From positions 960,001 to 1,024,000 of the forward strand of contig JBBCJC010000002.1 in assembly GCA_037189525.1 (NCBI GenBank): a DNA stretch of 64,000 nt. Direction: 5' to 3'. The stretch is from Gemmatimonadales bacterium (lineage in GTDB: Bacteria > Gemmatimonadota > Gemmatimonadetes > Gemmatimonadales > GWC2-71-9). Shown here piece after piece: positions 30,564 through 39,989 of the stretch (within the stretch, counting starts at the first letter, position 1; each line of letters starts with the position of its first letter). The translations under genes were made by a program, and so were the position numbers. The notes beneath the pieces are model-generated. The model did no database searches, was not told the DNA's origin, and saw nothing but the letters and a program-made list of their open reading frames with translations.

Positions 30564-31853
30564 TCATGGGGTCGAACGGTAGTTGGGCGGTAACGTCTTG
30601 TAGCGATGCATCAGGTCGTCCCGGCGCGAGCGCGACTTGATCTGCTCACCGCGGATCAGGATCGTCTCTGCCCGGCTGGCAAACTCGAACGGGTCGCCGG
30701 TCCAGACGACGACGTTGGCCTGCCGTCCCGGCGCGAGCGACCCCACCCGGTCGGCGACACCCAGCGCCTCGGCCGGAGAGAGCGTCACCGCGCGGAGCGC
30801 GTCGTCCCAGGTCATCCCGGCCGCAACGGCCATCCCCGCTTCGTAGCGGATATTGCCCGCGTTGTAGGTGCCCGGATCGACGGTGCCTGGCTCGCCGATG
30901 ATGCCGACCGTCACGCCAGCTGCGCGCAGCAGGCCGGCATTCTCGCGGCGTCCGCCCAGCTCGGCAAAGCTGATGGGGCTGTTGTTCGACGCTCCGGTGA
31001 GCACTATGGCGCCGGCACTCGCGAGGGTCTTGGCCACCTGCCATCCTTCGGCGGCGCCGGTAACGACGAGCCGAAGTTTGAACTCCTGCGCCAGGCGTAC
31101 CGCGGCTTCGATGTCCGTCGCTCGCTCGGCGGTGACATAGAGCGGGATACGGCCTTCGAGCACGGGCGCCAGTGCCGCGAGATCGCGCCGGCTCGCGGCG
31201 AGGTCGCCGGAAGCACGGGTGTCCGCGGCCTCGCGCCGAAGCACGGATCGCGCGTCGGTCAGGATGGCCCTGAGCCGGGCAATCTGTTCACCGCGTGCGG
31301 AGGCGCCGGCGGAGGCAGCATCCCCGATCTGCGCGGCAATCGCGGCCGGCGTTTTGATCAGCAGGTCGGTCACGGCGCGATCGGGCAGCAGGTCGATTAC
31401 CGCCGCTTGCCCCGCAATCAGCCCGCCCTGCGGGACGACGCCGACAGTGGTGACGCCGAGGTTTCGGGCCGGAGGGATATGGACGGAGGCGGGGTTGATC
31501 CCTTCCCAAACCGGGAACGAGGCGGCCACGTGGTCCTTCCCGGTCGCGCGCCGGTCGACCGTGTTGGGCATCAGGCCGATTTCATGCACGCCAAGCCCGC
31601 TGTAGCCGTGAACCAGGCCGGGTGTGACCCATTTGCCCGAGGCGTCGATGCGCCGCGCGTCGGCCGGGATCGTCACGTTGGCGCCCACGGCAACGATGCG
31701 GCCGTCACGGATCAGCACGGTGCCGTTTTCGATCGGGGCGCTGCTGACCGGGAAGACCTTGCCGCCGGTGATGGCGATGGTTTGCGCACCGGTCGGAAGC
31801 GCAGCAACCGTACCGAGCAGAGTCGCGATGGTATATGTGGTGGTTCGGCTCAT
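30564..31853 (-). CDS. Exported amidohydrolase family protein with degenerate metal-binding motif
   Basis: Amidohydrolase fold ends (GKWVTPG, GSLAPGRQANVVVWTGDPF); HxH replaced by HGYSG. Confidence 0.85.
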   Translation of the reverse strand: MSRTTTYTIATLLGTVAALPTGAQTIAITGGKVFPVSSAPIENGTVLIRDGRIVAVGANVTIPADARRIDASGKWVTPGLVHGYSGLGVHEIGLMPNTVDRRATGKDHVAASFPVWEGINPASVHIPPARNLGVTTVGVVPQGGLIAGQAAVIDLLPDRAVTDLLIKTPAAIAAQIGDAASAGASARGEQIARLRAILTDARSVLRREAADTRASGDLAASRRDLAALAPVLEGRIPLYVTAERATDIEAAVRLAQEFKLRLVVTGAAEGWQVAKTLASAGAIVLTGASNNSPISFAELGGRRENAGLLRAAGVTVGIIGEPGTVDPGTYNAGNIRYEAGMAVAAGMTWDDALRAVTLSPAEALGVADRVGSLAPGRQANVVVWTGDPFEFASRAETILIRGEQIKSRSRRDDLMHRYKTLPPNYRSTP

Positions 31854-33292
31854 CGGGTCCCCCGCGCGGCAGTCGAAACGAAACCCAGCTCGAAATCGGT
31901 GCGCCAGCGCTGGGCGGGATCAGTCCGGTCGAACAGCATTGCGCCGTCGATCCAGACCTTCTCGGCCAGGCTGTAGACGCTGAACGGATTGCCCGACCAG
32001 AGCACGACGTCGGCATTCTTGCCGACCTCGATCGATCCGATCCGGTCGTCGAGGCCCAGGACCCAGGCCGGATTGATCGTGACCCAGCGGATCGCCTCGT
32101 CGTGCGAAATGCTGAGACCGAGCTCCTCGGCGACCGCCAGACCCTTGGCTGCATCGTGGGTCAATCGCTGGATGCCGGAGGGATCGTCGGAATGGACGAT
32201 GGTCCGTACCCCGGCGGCGTGTACCAGCGGGATATTGCCCAGCGTGCCGTCCATCGCCTCCATCTTGTACCAGCCCCAGTCGGCCCAGAGCGCGGCGGCA
32301 ATCCCTTCCTTGGCCAGGATGTCCGCGACCTTGAAGGCCTCGACCCCGTGGTGGAAGGTGCGGATCCGATAGCCGAACTCACGGGCCAGATCGATCATCT
32401 GGGCCATCTCGTCGGCGCGATAGCAATGGTTCTGGACCAGGATGTTGCCGCGCAGCACTTCGGCGAGCGTTTCCAGGCCGAGGTCGCGCGTGGGTGCGGC
32501 CCCCTCGGGGTTGGCTTGCCAGGCATCCCAGCGGCGCCGGTAGGCTTCGGCCTGAATCCAGGCCGCCCGGTAGCCGGCCATGTTCCCCATCCGGGTGGAT
32601 GGGCCGCGTGACGCGTAGACCCGCTTCGGATTTTCGCCGCACGCCATCTTGAGGCCGTACTTGGCGTTCGGGAACTTCATGCCTTGCACCGTGCGCGACG
32701 GGACCAGCTTGATCGTCGCGGTGCGCCCGCCGAAGAGATTGGCCGAGCCGGGGAGGATCATCGCGGTCGTCACGCCGGCAGCGAGGGCGCGCGGAATCTG
32801 CGGGTCCTGGGGCCAGATCGAGTGTTCCACCCAGACCTCGGTGGTCACCGGCTTGGTCATTTCATTGACGTCGCTCAGCGCCGGGCCGCCCGGTGCCGCG
32901 CCGGCGCCTATGTGGCTGTGTGCGTCGATGATGCCGGGAGTCAGATACTTCCCCTGGCCATCGATGATCACGGCGCCGGCCGGCGCGTCGACCGATTGGC
33001 CGACGGCGGCAATCTTTCCGTCGCGGAGCAGCACGGCTCCGTTCCGGATGGTCGGGCCGGCCGCGGTCATGACGTGGACGTTACGGATCACGGTCGGCTG
33101 GGACGGCCACGGCGTGTAGGTACTCGGGTACGGGTTGTCGTTGGGAACCGACTTGCCGCCCGGTCCGATCGGTGGCGCGGCGGGTGAGGCCGGGGCGGGC
33201 GCTGGGCCCATCGAAGCGGGAGGGCTGGAAACGGGCTGCGCTGTCGCGCAGCCGGCCAGCAGCGCCCCAAGTAAGAGCGTGCGAGTCTGCAT
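31850..33292 (-). CDS. Amidohydrolase family lipoprotein
   Basis: Lipobox LLAGC; PGIIDAHSH, KMACGENP, HCYRADE, HHGVE and HSD motifs; alternative GTG start at 33328. Confidence 0.9.
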   Translation of the reverse strand: MQTRTLLLGALLAGCATAQPVSSPPASMGPAPAPASPAAPPIGPGGKSVPNDNPYPSTYTPWPSQPTVIRNVHVMTAAGPTIRNGAVLLRDGKIAAVGQSVDAPAGAVIIDGQGKYLTPGIIDAHSHIGAGAAPGGPALSDVNEMTKPVTTEVWVEHSIWPQDPQIPRALAAGVTTAMILPGSANLFGGRTATIKLVPSRTVQGMKFPNAKYGLKMACGENPKRVYASRGPSTRMGNMAGYRAAWIQAEAYRRRWDAWQANPEGAAPTRDLGLETLAEVLRGNILVQNHCYRADEMAQMIDLAREFGYRIRTFHHGVEAFKVADILAKEGIAAALWADWGWYKMEAMDGTLGNIPLVHAAGVRTIVHSDDPSGIQRLTHDAAKGLAVAEELGLSISHDEAIRWVTINPAWVLGLDDRIGSIEVGKNADVVLWSGNPFSVYSLAEKVWIDGAMLFDRTDPAQRWRTDFELGFVSTAARGTR

Positions 33293-33389
33293 CGGAACGG
33301 GAGATCTCCTCGTGGGAATAGTGCTCACACGGAGAACCCCGTCGGCCCGGGGGAATACTATGGATGCAACGCGCTGCTCTGCTGAGTGA

Positions 33390-33974
33390 CTACGGCTTCT
33401 GGCGGAGGGCGGTCAGGACCGCCATGCCTCGGCTGGACAGGCGATACCCGATCTCGAGACTCTCGGTCAGGCCGAGCGTCTTCAGTTTACGAACGTTGGT
33501 CTTGAAGGCTTCTTTCTCCTGTCCCAACTGGCGGGCGAGATTGCCGGCGCGGACCGCGGGTTGCGCAGCGATCAGCTCCAGGACGCGAGTGGTCCACGGT
33601 CCGGCGGGCGACCGGGCGTCCAACCGGGCGAGCCGGGCGATCAACGTCGTGATGTCCAGCTCCGTCGGAACCGCCTCCCGCAACGCGAGACGCGGATCAG
33701 GCAGGAGCCGGGCAATCTCGATCCGATAGATCGACCCTTCCGGGCGCCGATCGAGGTCGGCGAGCAGTTGGGCGCGATCGGTGTAACCCGCCAGCTGGGC
33801 GTCCGCTTCGGAGATCTCTATTGCTGTCACCTGGGTTACGGTGCCAATTTCGAGTTGCCCGACGGGCGTGAGTAGCGTTCCGCCGGCGCGAACGGTGGGC
33901 CGGCGCCAGCGTCGAAAGGCGAGCCGGATAGCGCCCGCCTGGATCCCGTCGAGTGCCGCCTGACGAAACAGCAT
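33390..33974 (-). CDS. ASCH-like domain protein with C-terminal winged-helix
   Basis: GIQAGAIRLAFRRWRRPTVRAG (ASCH-like); LARQLG..FKTNVRKLKTLGLTESLEIGYRLSSRG (wHTH). Confidence 0.7.
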   Translation of the reverse strand: MLFRQAALDGIQAGAIRLAFRRWRRPTVRAGGTLLTPVGQLEIGTVTQVTAIEISEADAQLAGYTDRAQLLADLDRRPEGSIYRIEIARLLPDPRLALREAVPTELDITTLIARLARLDARSPAGPWTTRVLELIAAQPAVRAGNLARQLGQEKEAFKTNVRKLKTLGLTESLEIGYRLSSRGMAVLTALRQKP

Positions 33975-34054
33975 GGTCTAGACAATAATGTGACGGAGCG
34001 CGTGTAGCACAATCTTACGGACACGGTCATCGAAGCCCTTTCTGCGAGAGGCGT

Positions 34055-35245
34055 ATGAGCACTCCATCGCTGGGTATTACGAAGGCGCCGCGCGTCAATT
34101 CCGTGGATGTGCTCCGAGGCGCGGTGATGATCGTGATGGCGTTGGATCACATCCGCGATTTCCTCCATAATGGCGCCCTGACCGGCGCCTCGCCGACGGA
34201 TTTCCGCGGCACGACGACGATCCTGTTTCTGACGCGCTGGATCACGCATTTCTGCGCCCCCGTGTTCGCGCTCACCGCCGGGCTCGGCGCCTGGTTCTGG
34301 TTGCAGAACGGTCGCACCCGTCGCCAGCTCTCGACCTTCCTCGTGACGCGCGGCCTCTGGCTGATGGTGCTGGAGGTCACGGTCATGCGCGTCGGGTATC
34401 AGCTCGCCTGGTGGAGCGAGGCGCCGCTCTTTCTGCTCGTGTTCTGGGCGCTGGGACTCTCGATGATCGCGCTGGCGGCGATCGTCTGGCTGCCGATACG
34501 CGCCATCGCGCCGTTCGGCGCCGCCATCATCCTGCTGCATCCGTTGCTGGTCGAGGTGCAGGTTGCGCGCTTCCTGCACCAGCTCACTGTCAGCCAGGTC
34601 GGCGGGCTGACGGTCATCTCGCCATACCCTCTCTTGCCCTGGGTGGGTGTGATGGCGCTGGGCTTCGGACTCGGACCGCTGTTTTCGGGCGCGCCGGAGG
34701 TGCGGAGGAAGTGGCTGCTGTGGCTTGGCGGCGCGGCGATCGTCGGCTTCTTCGTTCTGCGCTTCATCGGCTGGGGTGATCCGATCCCGCGCCAGCTTGG
34801 CACGACGTTCGGACATCCGGTACTCGGCTTCCTCAACACCAACAAGTACCCGGCCTCGCCGCAGTTCTTGTTGATGACGCTCGGTCCGGCGTTCCTGTTC
34901 CTGGTGCTACTCGACAAGATCGCGCTGGCGGGCAACCGCGTGGCGGAGTTCGTGAAGATTTTTGGACGGGTGCCGCTGATGTACTACGCGGCCCATTTTT
35001 ATCTCGCGCACGCCATTGCGCGGGTCCTGGCCTTTGTCACCTACGGCGGGGCAGCCGCCGAATTCGCCTTGGTGCCGTTCCCCACGTTCGGCGGATCGGC
35101 CGACAAGTTCCCTCCGAACTTCGGCTACGACCTCTGGGTCGTCTATGTGGTGTGGGTGGTGGTGATCGCGGCGATGTATCCGCTCTGCAAATGGTACGCG
35201 GGGGTCAAAGCGCGAGGGCGGAGCTGGTGGCTGAGCTATCTCTAG
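34055..35245 (+). CDS. DUF1624/HGSNAT-like membrane protein
   Basis: SVDVLRGAVMIVMALDH, RWITHFCAPVF, LVTRGLWL, NKYPASPQFLLMTLG. Confidence 0.88.
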   Translation: MSTPSLGITKAPRVNSVDVLRGAVMIVMALDHIRDFLHNGALTGASPTDFRGTTTILFLTRWITHFCAPVFALTAGLGAWFWLQNGRTRRQLSTFLVTRGLWLMVLEVTVMRVGYQLAWWSEAPLFLLVFWALGLSMIALAAIVWLPIRAIAPFGAAIILLHPLLVEVQVARFLHQLTVSQVGGLTVISPYPLLPWVGVMALGFGLGPLFSGAPEVRRKWLLWLGGAAIVGFFVLRFIGWGDPIPRQLGTTFGHPVLGFLNTNKYPASPQFLLMTLGPAFLFLVLLDKIALAGNRVAEFVKIFGRVPLMYYAAHFYLAHAIARVLAFVTYGGAAAEFALVPFPTFGGSADKFPPNFGYDLWVVYVVWVVVIAAMYPLCKWYAGVKARGRSWWLSYL

Positions 35246-35398
35246 TTGTCCGAGGATCCGATCTTCCGCATCAACAACATCAGACGGGATCTACGGGCTG
35301 TCAACGTCCGCATTGCCAGAGCCTTGACGGGGCGACGGACTCCCCCCTACGATGCGCCCCATGATCGAGATTGCCAGGGACGCCGGGAGCACCGCGTC

Positions 35399-37537
35399 GT
35401 GACATCGCCGCGGCGCTGGATACACCGACTCCTGGCCCGGGATGCTGCACAGGATCCGGCGGGGTCGCTGCGCAAGCTCCTGGCCGGCCTGCACGGCCTG
35501 CAATCGCACGCCGATCGGGTGGCCTGGCTCGAACAACTGGGGATCTGGATCGCTGCCGAGCGCGGCGCCGACGGCGAAACCGAGCGGACCAGTCTGTTCG
35601 TCGAAACGCTCCAGGTGGACACGGTCAGCCGCGAGTTGTTCCTGACCGAGCTCAACGCGTTGCTGGTCTCGACCCATGCCATGCGTTTGTTCGCCGATAC
35701 CGGGCTGACTGCGCAGTTCGGCGTGATCGGTGAAGCGGCCGAGCGGATCATCCGGCGCGTGCTGCCCGCGCCGCCCGAGCCGAACAATCTGGCCGAAGTG
35801 CTGCGCAGCATGGTACCGTCGGCGGATGAAGCACGGGAACTCACCCGCCTCTCTCCCGAGGTGTTTGCCGCTCTGGTCCGCTTGCTGACGTCGGACACGA
35901 TGGCGCCTGCCTGGGCACACCTTCGTGCCGAGATGGCGGACGCCGTGGTGACACTCGCGGCGGGCATCGCGACCATCGGCAGTTCGCCCGATGTGCTCGA
36001 TCGCCTCGACGAAGGCGCTCGGCGCGCACCGCCGTTCCTCACGCTGGTGCACCATGCGTCGGCGCTCTCCACTGCCTGCGCATCGCGAGCGGTTCCGGTC
36101 GAACTCCGAGAACAGCTGCTGGAGGCCACGGCCGCGTGCCGAGGTTCGGTCGGTCAGGTGGTGGCCCATATCGAATCCCATGGGGTCAGTACCCATCTCG
36201 TCTATCGTCTCGAGCAGATGAGCGCCTTGCTCGACCGGTTGGATCTGCTGGCCCATGTGGTCACCGCGCCGCCCGAAAAGCGGAATCGTCTGGTCGCCGC
36301 CTTGATTTCCTCGCTGGGGCGGGCCGTCCATCAGGATCGTTCGATCAGCGTGGTGCTGACCAGCACGATGCGCCAGCTCTCCCGCAAGGTGGTCGAGCGG
36401 ACCGGTGAGGCGGGCAAACATTATCTGGTCCAATCCCGGGCAGGCTGGTGGAAAATTCTGGTGGCTGCGGCCGGCGGTGGTGCGCTGACCGTGGGAACCC
36501 TGGCCCTCAAGTTCGTCATCGGCGACATGGACCTGCCGCCATTTTTCGCGGGCCTGGCCGCTTCCATCAACTATGCCGGCTCCTTCGTGCTGATGCAGGT
36601 GCTCGGCTTCAAGCTGGCGACCAAGCAGCCCGCCATGTTTGCCGCCACCCTGGCCGACTCGCTGCTCGATACGCAGAACCAGACCGACCATCAGCGCTTC
36701 AGCGAAGAAGTCGCCCGGGTTACCCGATCGCAGACGGCTGCCGTCCTCGGCAATATCGGGATGGCTGTTCCCGTGGCGATCCTCTTCGATTTCCTCTGGC
36801 GAGTCAAGACGGGACAATCGTTTCTCGAGCCGGAAACGGCGGTCTACGCGGTCAGGTCACTCGATCCGCTCTCCTCGGGAACGATTCTGTTCGCGGCCAT
36901 TACCGGCGTCATCCTGATGGTGTCTAGCGTCATCGGCGGGTGGTTGGAGAACTTTGCCGTCTATCGGCGCCTGCCGGAGGCCATTGCCCACCATCGGGGC
37001 CTGGTGCGCATGGTCGGAGCGTCTGCCGCGCTACGGTGGTCCAGCGGGTTCATGCACTCGATTGCCGGATATGGTACGTCGATTGCCCTCGGATTTGCGC
37101 TCGGCATGGCGCCCGTCGTCGGCGCGTTCTTTGGGCTGCCGCTCGACGTGCGTCACGTGACGCTGTCGGCCAGTCAGCTGGCGTTGGCGCTCTCGGCGAT
37201 GGGACCGGCGTTCTTCCTGACCAAGTTTGCGGCGATCAGTGCGGCGGGTGTCCTGATCATCGGACTGCTCAACTTCGGGGTCAGCTTCGTGCTGGCGCTC
37301 TTGCTCGCGATCCGCGCGCGCGAGGTCTCGGTGCCCGAGGCGGCGCGGCTTCTGGGGGAGACGTGGCGGGATTTCCTGAGGCGGCCGACCCGGTACCTGT
37401 TTGCCGTCAACGAACTCCGCGCGCCTTCCGACAGGGCGCCACGAGCCGAAGTCCTTGCCGAACACGTGGCGACCACCTCGTCGGACGCTATCACGCCCTG
37501 GAGATCGACCGGATCGGGAGAGACGCCACGCGAGTGA
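35399..37537 (+). CDS. PF10136 'site-specific recombinase' (Gcr-like) polytopic membrane protein
   Basis: HGVSTHLVYRLE, GKHY, AAAGGG, KLATKQPAM, RSQTAAVLGN and GLPLDVRHVT motifs; start uncertain (frame open from 35246). Confidence 0.85.
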   Translation: MTSPRRWIHRLLARDAAQDPAGSLRKLLAGLHGLQSHADRVAWLEQLGIWIAAERGADGETERTSLFVETLQVDTVSRELFLTELNALLVSTHAMRLFADTGLTAQFGVIGEAAERIIRRVLPAPPEPNNLAEVLRSMVPSADEARELTRLSPEVFAALVRLLTSDTMAPAWAHLRAEMADAVVTLAAGIATIGSSPDVLDRLDEGARRAPPFLTLVHHASALSTACASRAVPVELREQLLEATAACRGSVGQVVAHIESHGVSTHLVYRLEQMSALLDRLDLLAHVVTAPPEKRNRLVAALISSLGRAVHQDRSISVVLTSTMRQLSRKVVERTGEAGKHYLVQSRAGWWKILVAAAGGGALTVGTLALKFVIGDMDLPPFFAGLAASINYAGSFVLMQVLGFKLATKQPAMFAATLADSLLDTQNQTDHQRFSEEVARVTRSQTAAVLGNIGMAVPVAILFDFLWRVKTGQSFLEPETAVYAVRSLDPLSSGTILFAAITGVILMVSSVIGGWLENFAVYRRLPEAIAHHRGLVRMVGASAALRWSSGFMHSIAGYGTSIALGFALGMAPVVGAFFGLPLDVRHVTLSASQLALALSAMGPAFFLTKFAAISAAGVLIIGLLNFGVSFVLALLLAIRAREVSVPEAARLLGETWRDFLRRPTRYLFAVNELRAPSDRAPRAEVLAEHVATTSSDAITPWRSTGSGETPRE

Positions 37538-37567
37538 TGCGTGGCGCCTCTCCGATATCGTTGCCGG

Positions 37568-38503
37568 CTACTTGAGTCCCGTCAGGCGATCGCTCACCTC
37601 GCGCAGTTTTGCCTGCGCTTCCGGATCATATGCCTGCGCATGTCCTTTCACCGGCTTCAGCTGATTGAAGTAAGTCCCGGTTGGTTCGGTCGTGACGATG
37701 GCGTTGACCACCGACTCCACTCCTTCGGCAATCGTCGAGCGCGGCGTCGCGCCGAGTGCCAGCGCCATGGTGGTGCCCATGGTGGTTGCGGGGTGGAGTG
37801 AGTAGGTCAGAACGCCCTGGCGTTCGAGGTCCGGAGCCATTTCCACCGTCATCATGACTTGCGCCAGTTTGCTCTGCGCGTAGCCGCGCCGTCCGTTATA
37901 TCCGTTGGCCATCATGACGTCGTCGAAGTCGATCGCGGTCTGTGATCCTGAGGACACGTTGATGATCCGGGAGGGCGCGGCCGCCACGACCAGAGGGAGC
38001 AGTCGCTTGGTTAGCAGGTGATGGGCGAGATGGTTGACGGCAAAATGCATCTCGTAGCCCTCGACGCTGAACCGCCGGGTGCTGTCCAGCAGGAAGCCGA
38101 CGCCGGCGTTGTTGATCAGCAGGTCGAGGCGCTTAGTGTCGCGCTCCACCTGGTCGGCCAGCCGATTGACCTCCTTGAGCGACGCGAGGTCGGCCGCATA
38201 GAACTTGGCGCTTCCCTTGCCGCTTCTGTTGATCTCGGCGGCGAGGGCTTCACCTCGCTCGGCGCTGCGTCCGGTAATCATCACATGCGCGCCCGCGGCC
38301 GCGAGACGACGCGCCACATCCCGGCCCAGACCGTCGGTCGATCCGGTCACCAGGGCAGTCTTCCCGGTCAGATCGGGGAGGGGCGGGGCCTTGGGAAAGT
38401 TGGTCGAGGGCTGCGGCGGCGCAGTTTGCGCCGACATCACGCCGGCGAAAAGCAGCAAGCCGAGCGAGAAGACGCTCGAGCGTTTGAACAGGGGACGGAA
38501 CAT
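37568..38503 (-). CDS. Exported SDR family NAD(P)-dependent oxidoreductase
   Basis: Signal peptide; TGSTDGLG, NNAG, YAQSK. Confidence 0.9.
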   Translation of the reverse strand: MFRPLFKRSSVFSLGLLLFAGVMSAQTAPPQPSTNFPKAPPLPDLTGKTALVTGSTDGLGRDVARRLAAAGAHVMITGRSAERGEALAAEINRSGKGSAKFYAADLASLKEVNRLADQVERDTKRLDLLINNAGVGFLLDSTRRFSVEGYEMHFAVNHLAHHLLTKRLLPLVVAAAPSRIINVSSGSQTAIDFDDVMMANGYNGRRGYAQSKLAQVMMTVEMAPDLERQGVLTYSLHPATTMGTTMALALGATPRSTIAEGVESVVNAIVTTEPTGTYFNQLKPVKGHAQAYDPEAQAKLREVSDRLTGLK

Positions 38504-38641
38504 CGGTCGAACTCCAGGAATGACGTGGCCCCGATGATAAGCGGGGTCGCTGCGAGTGTCGACCGATGGCGTGATTGCAGACGTTATGACGACTCGATCG
38601 GACAGACGCGTCCATTCATGTCCGGCAGCGGCGTGTCGTGA

Positions 38642-39133
38642 CTATGCTGTCGGAGCGGAGTACAGGCAGAGTTCCCGGGCTGGCGTACCGACGCCGGTGA
38701 TGTATTCCCGTACCGATCGCAATCCGTCTTTGAGGCCGCGATAGTGAACCCGCTCCAACGCGGCTTCATAGAGAAGCCAGGCATACTCGGCGTGCTCCGA
38801 TGGATCCAATCGGATGGTGCCGGCCTCGACCTCGGCGGCGTACACGGCAATCGCCTGCATCTCATCGAAGCGACGGTTGTAGATCATGTAGGTGTGCTCG
38901 CCGGCCCAGATCGATTTGGGCGCGAGGTCGAAGCGGCGAAGCACCCGGTCGATTGCGCCCACCACCGATTCGCCGTCCTCGATCGCATTGCTCGGGATCT
39001 GCCAGAACCTTCCACCGTTGAAATGACGCTCGGCCTTCTCGACCGAGGTGTACAGCACGAAGTAGAAGATGCCTTCGGGTCGGCGTTCGAAGGCCCAGAC
39101 ATCGAAGACGTTTGGTGCGAAGTGAATGGTCAT
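38642..39133 (-). CDS. Nudix-fold protein (NudB-like) with degenerate Nudix box
   Basis: FWQIPSNAIEDGES and EHAEYAWL; REXXEE missing. Confidence 0.75.
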   Translation of the reverse strand: MTIHFAPNVFDVWAFERRPEGIFYFVLYTSVEKAERHFNGGRFWQIPSNAIEDGESVVGAIDRVLRRFDLAPKSIWAGEHTYMIYNRRFDEMQAIAVYAAEVEAGTIRLDPSEHAEYAWLLYEAALERVHYRGLKDGLRSVREYITGVGTPARELCLYSAPTA

Positions 39134-39891
39134 TGGAAATGAAAGCGCTGCTCGCTGAAGCGAGGGTGATCGTCGGATTCCACGAACCGGACGATTGCTG
39201 CGGCGGGCACCTCGGGGTCGGTCAGCTGCTTGTTGTCGGCCAGCTGCTGGAACACCTCGACGATCGGAAGTTTCTCGGGCGCCGTGCTCCGGACCAGGGC
39301 CTGCATCGGAGTGTCGACGATACCCGGTTCATACGACCAGATCGAGACGTCCCGGGTCTTCCCGGTCGCGCCAACCTGCAGGTCGAGCTCGGCGGCCAAT
39401 ACCATGCCCGTGATACGCAGCGCAGCCTTGGTTGCGCTGTAGCCACCCATCCCGGGCACCGGCTCCACCGCCGCGCCGGACGAGATGTTGACGATGCGCA
39501 GCGGGATTTCAGGCGAGGCTGCACGAAGCGCCCATCCCATCAGCAGTACCGGACTGATCGTGTTGACGGCATAGGCGCGCATCATGCCGCCGGGCTCCAC
39601 GTTTGCCACTTGGCCGAGTATGGCCACGTCGGCCGCATTGTTGACCAGGGCAACCCGGCGGACGGATGGATCGGCGACTGCGGAGCTCACCCGGCTGTCC
39701 AGCACAGCAAGCACCTTGTCGGTATCGGCGAGGTCAATCGCGACATGCCGGTATCGCGGGGACTGGATCGAGCCCGGCGTCCGGGAAAGACCGATCACGT
39801 GCCAGTCACGGTCCAGGAGCTGCCGAGCCAGTGAGGCGCCGATACCGGAACTGGTACCGGTAACGATGGCAAGCCGGGTTGCTTGGGTCAT
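39130..39891 (-). CDS. SDR oxidoreductase, sepiapterin/benzil reductase-like
   Basis: TGTSSGIG, NNAA, NISSGAA, YSATKAA, PGIVDTPMQ. Confidence 0.88.
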   Translation of the reverse strand: MTQATRLAIVTGTSSGIGASLARQLLDRDWHVIGLSRTPGSIQSPRYRHVAIDLADTDKVLAVLDSRVSSAVADPSVRRVALVNNAADVAILGQVANVEPGGMMRAYAVNTISPVLLMGWALRAASPEIPLRIVNISSGAAVEPVPGMGGYSATKAALRITGMVLAAELDLQVGATGKTRDVSIWSYEPGIVDTPMQALVRSTAPEKLPIVEVFQQLADNKQLTDPEVPAAAIVRFVESDDHPRFSEQRFHFQ

Positions 39892-39989
39892 GACTCTGTT
39901 GTCTGAGAGTGGGGTCGTTCGATCAGCGTCCTGGTGCAACATAGTCCGTGTCGCGATCTGCTCAAACTGGTCCTGCAGCCTCGCAGCGG

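Noticed and set aside
35291..36817. 508-aa minus-strand ORF
   Set aside because: Antisense to the PF10136 gene
35399..37537. Gcr-like gene as a mobile element or integron integrase
   Set aside because: Polytopic membrane protein with no recombinase catalytic motifs or flanking repeats seen
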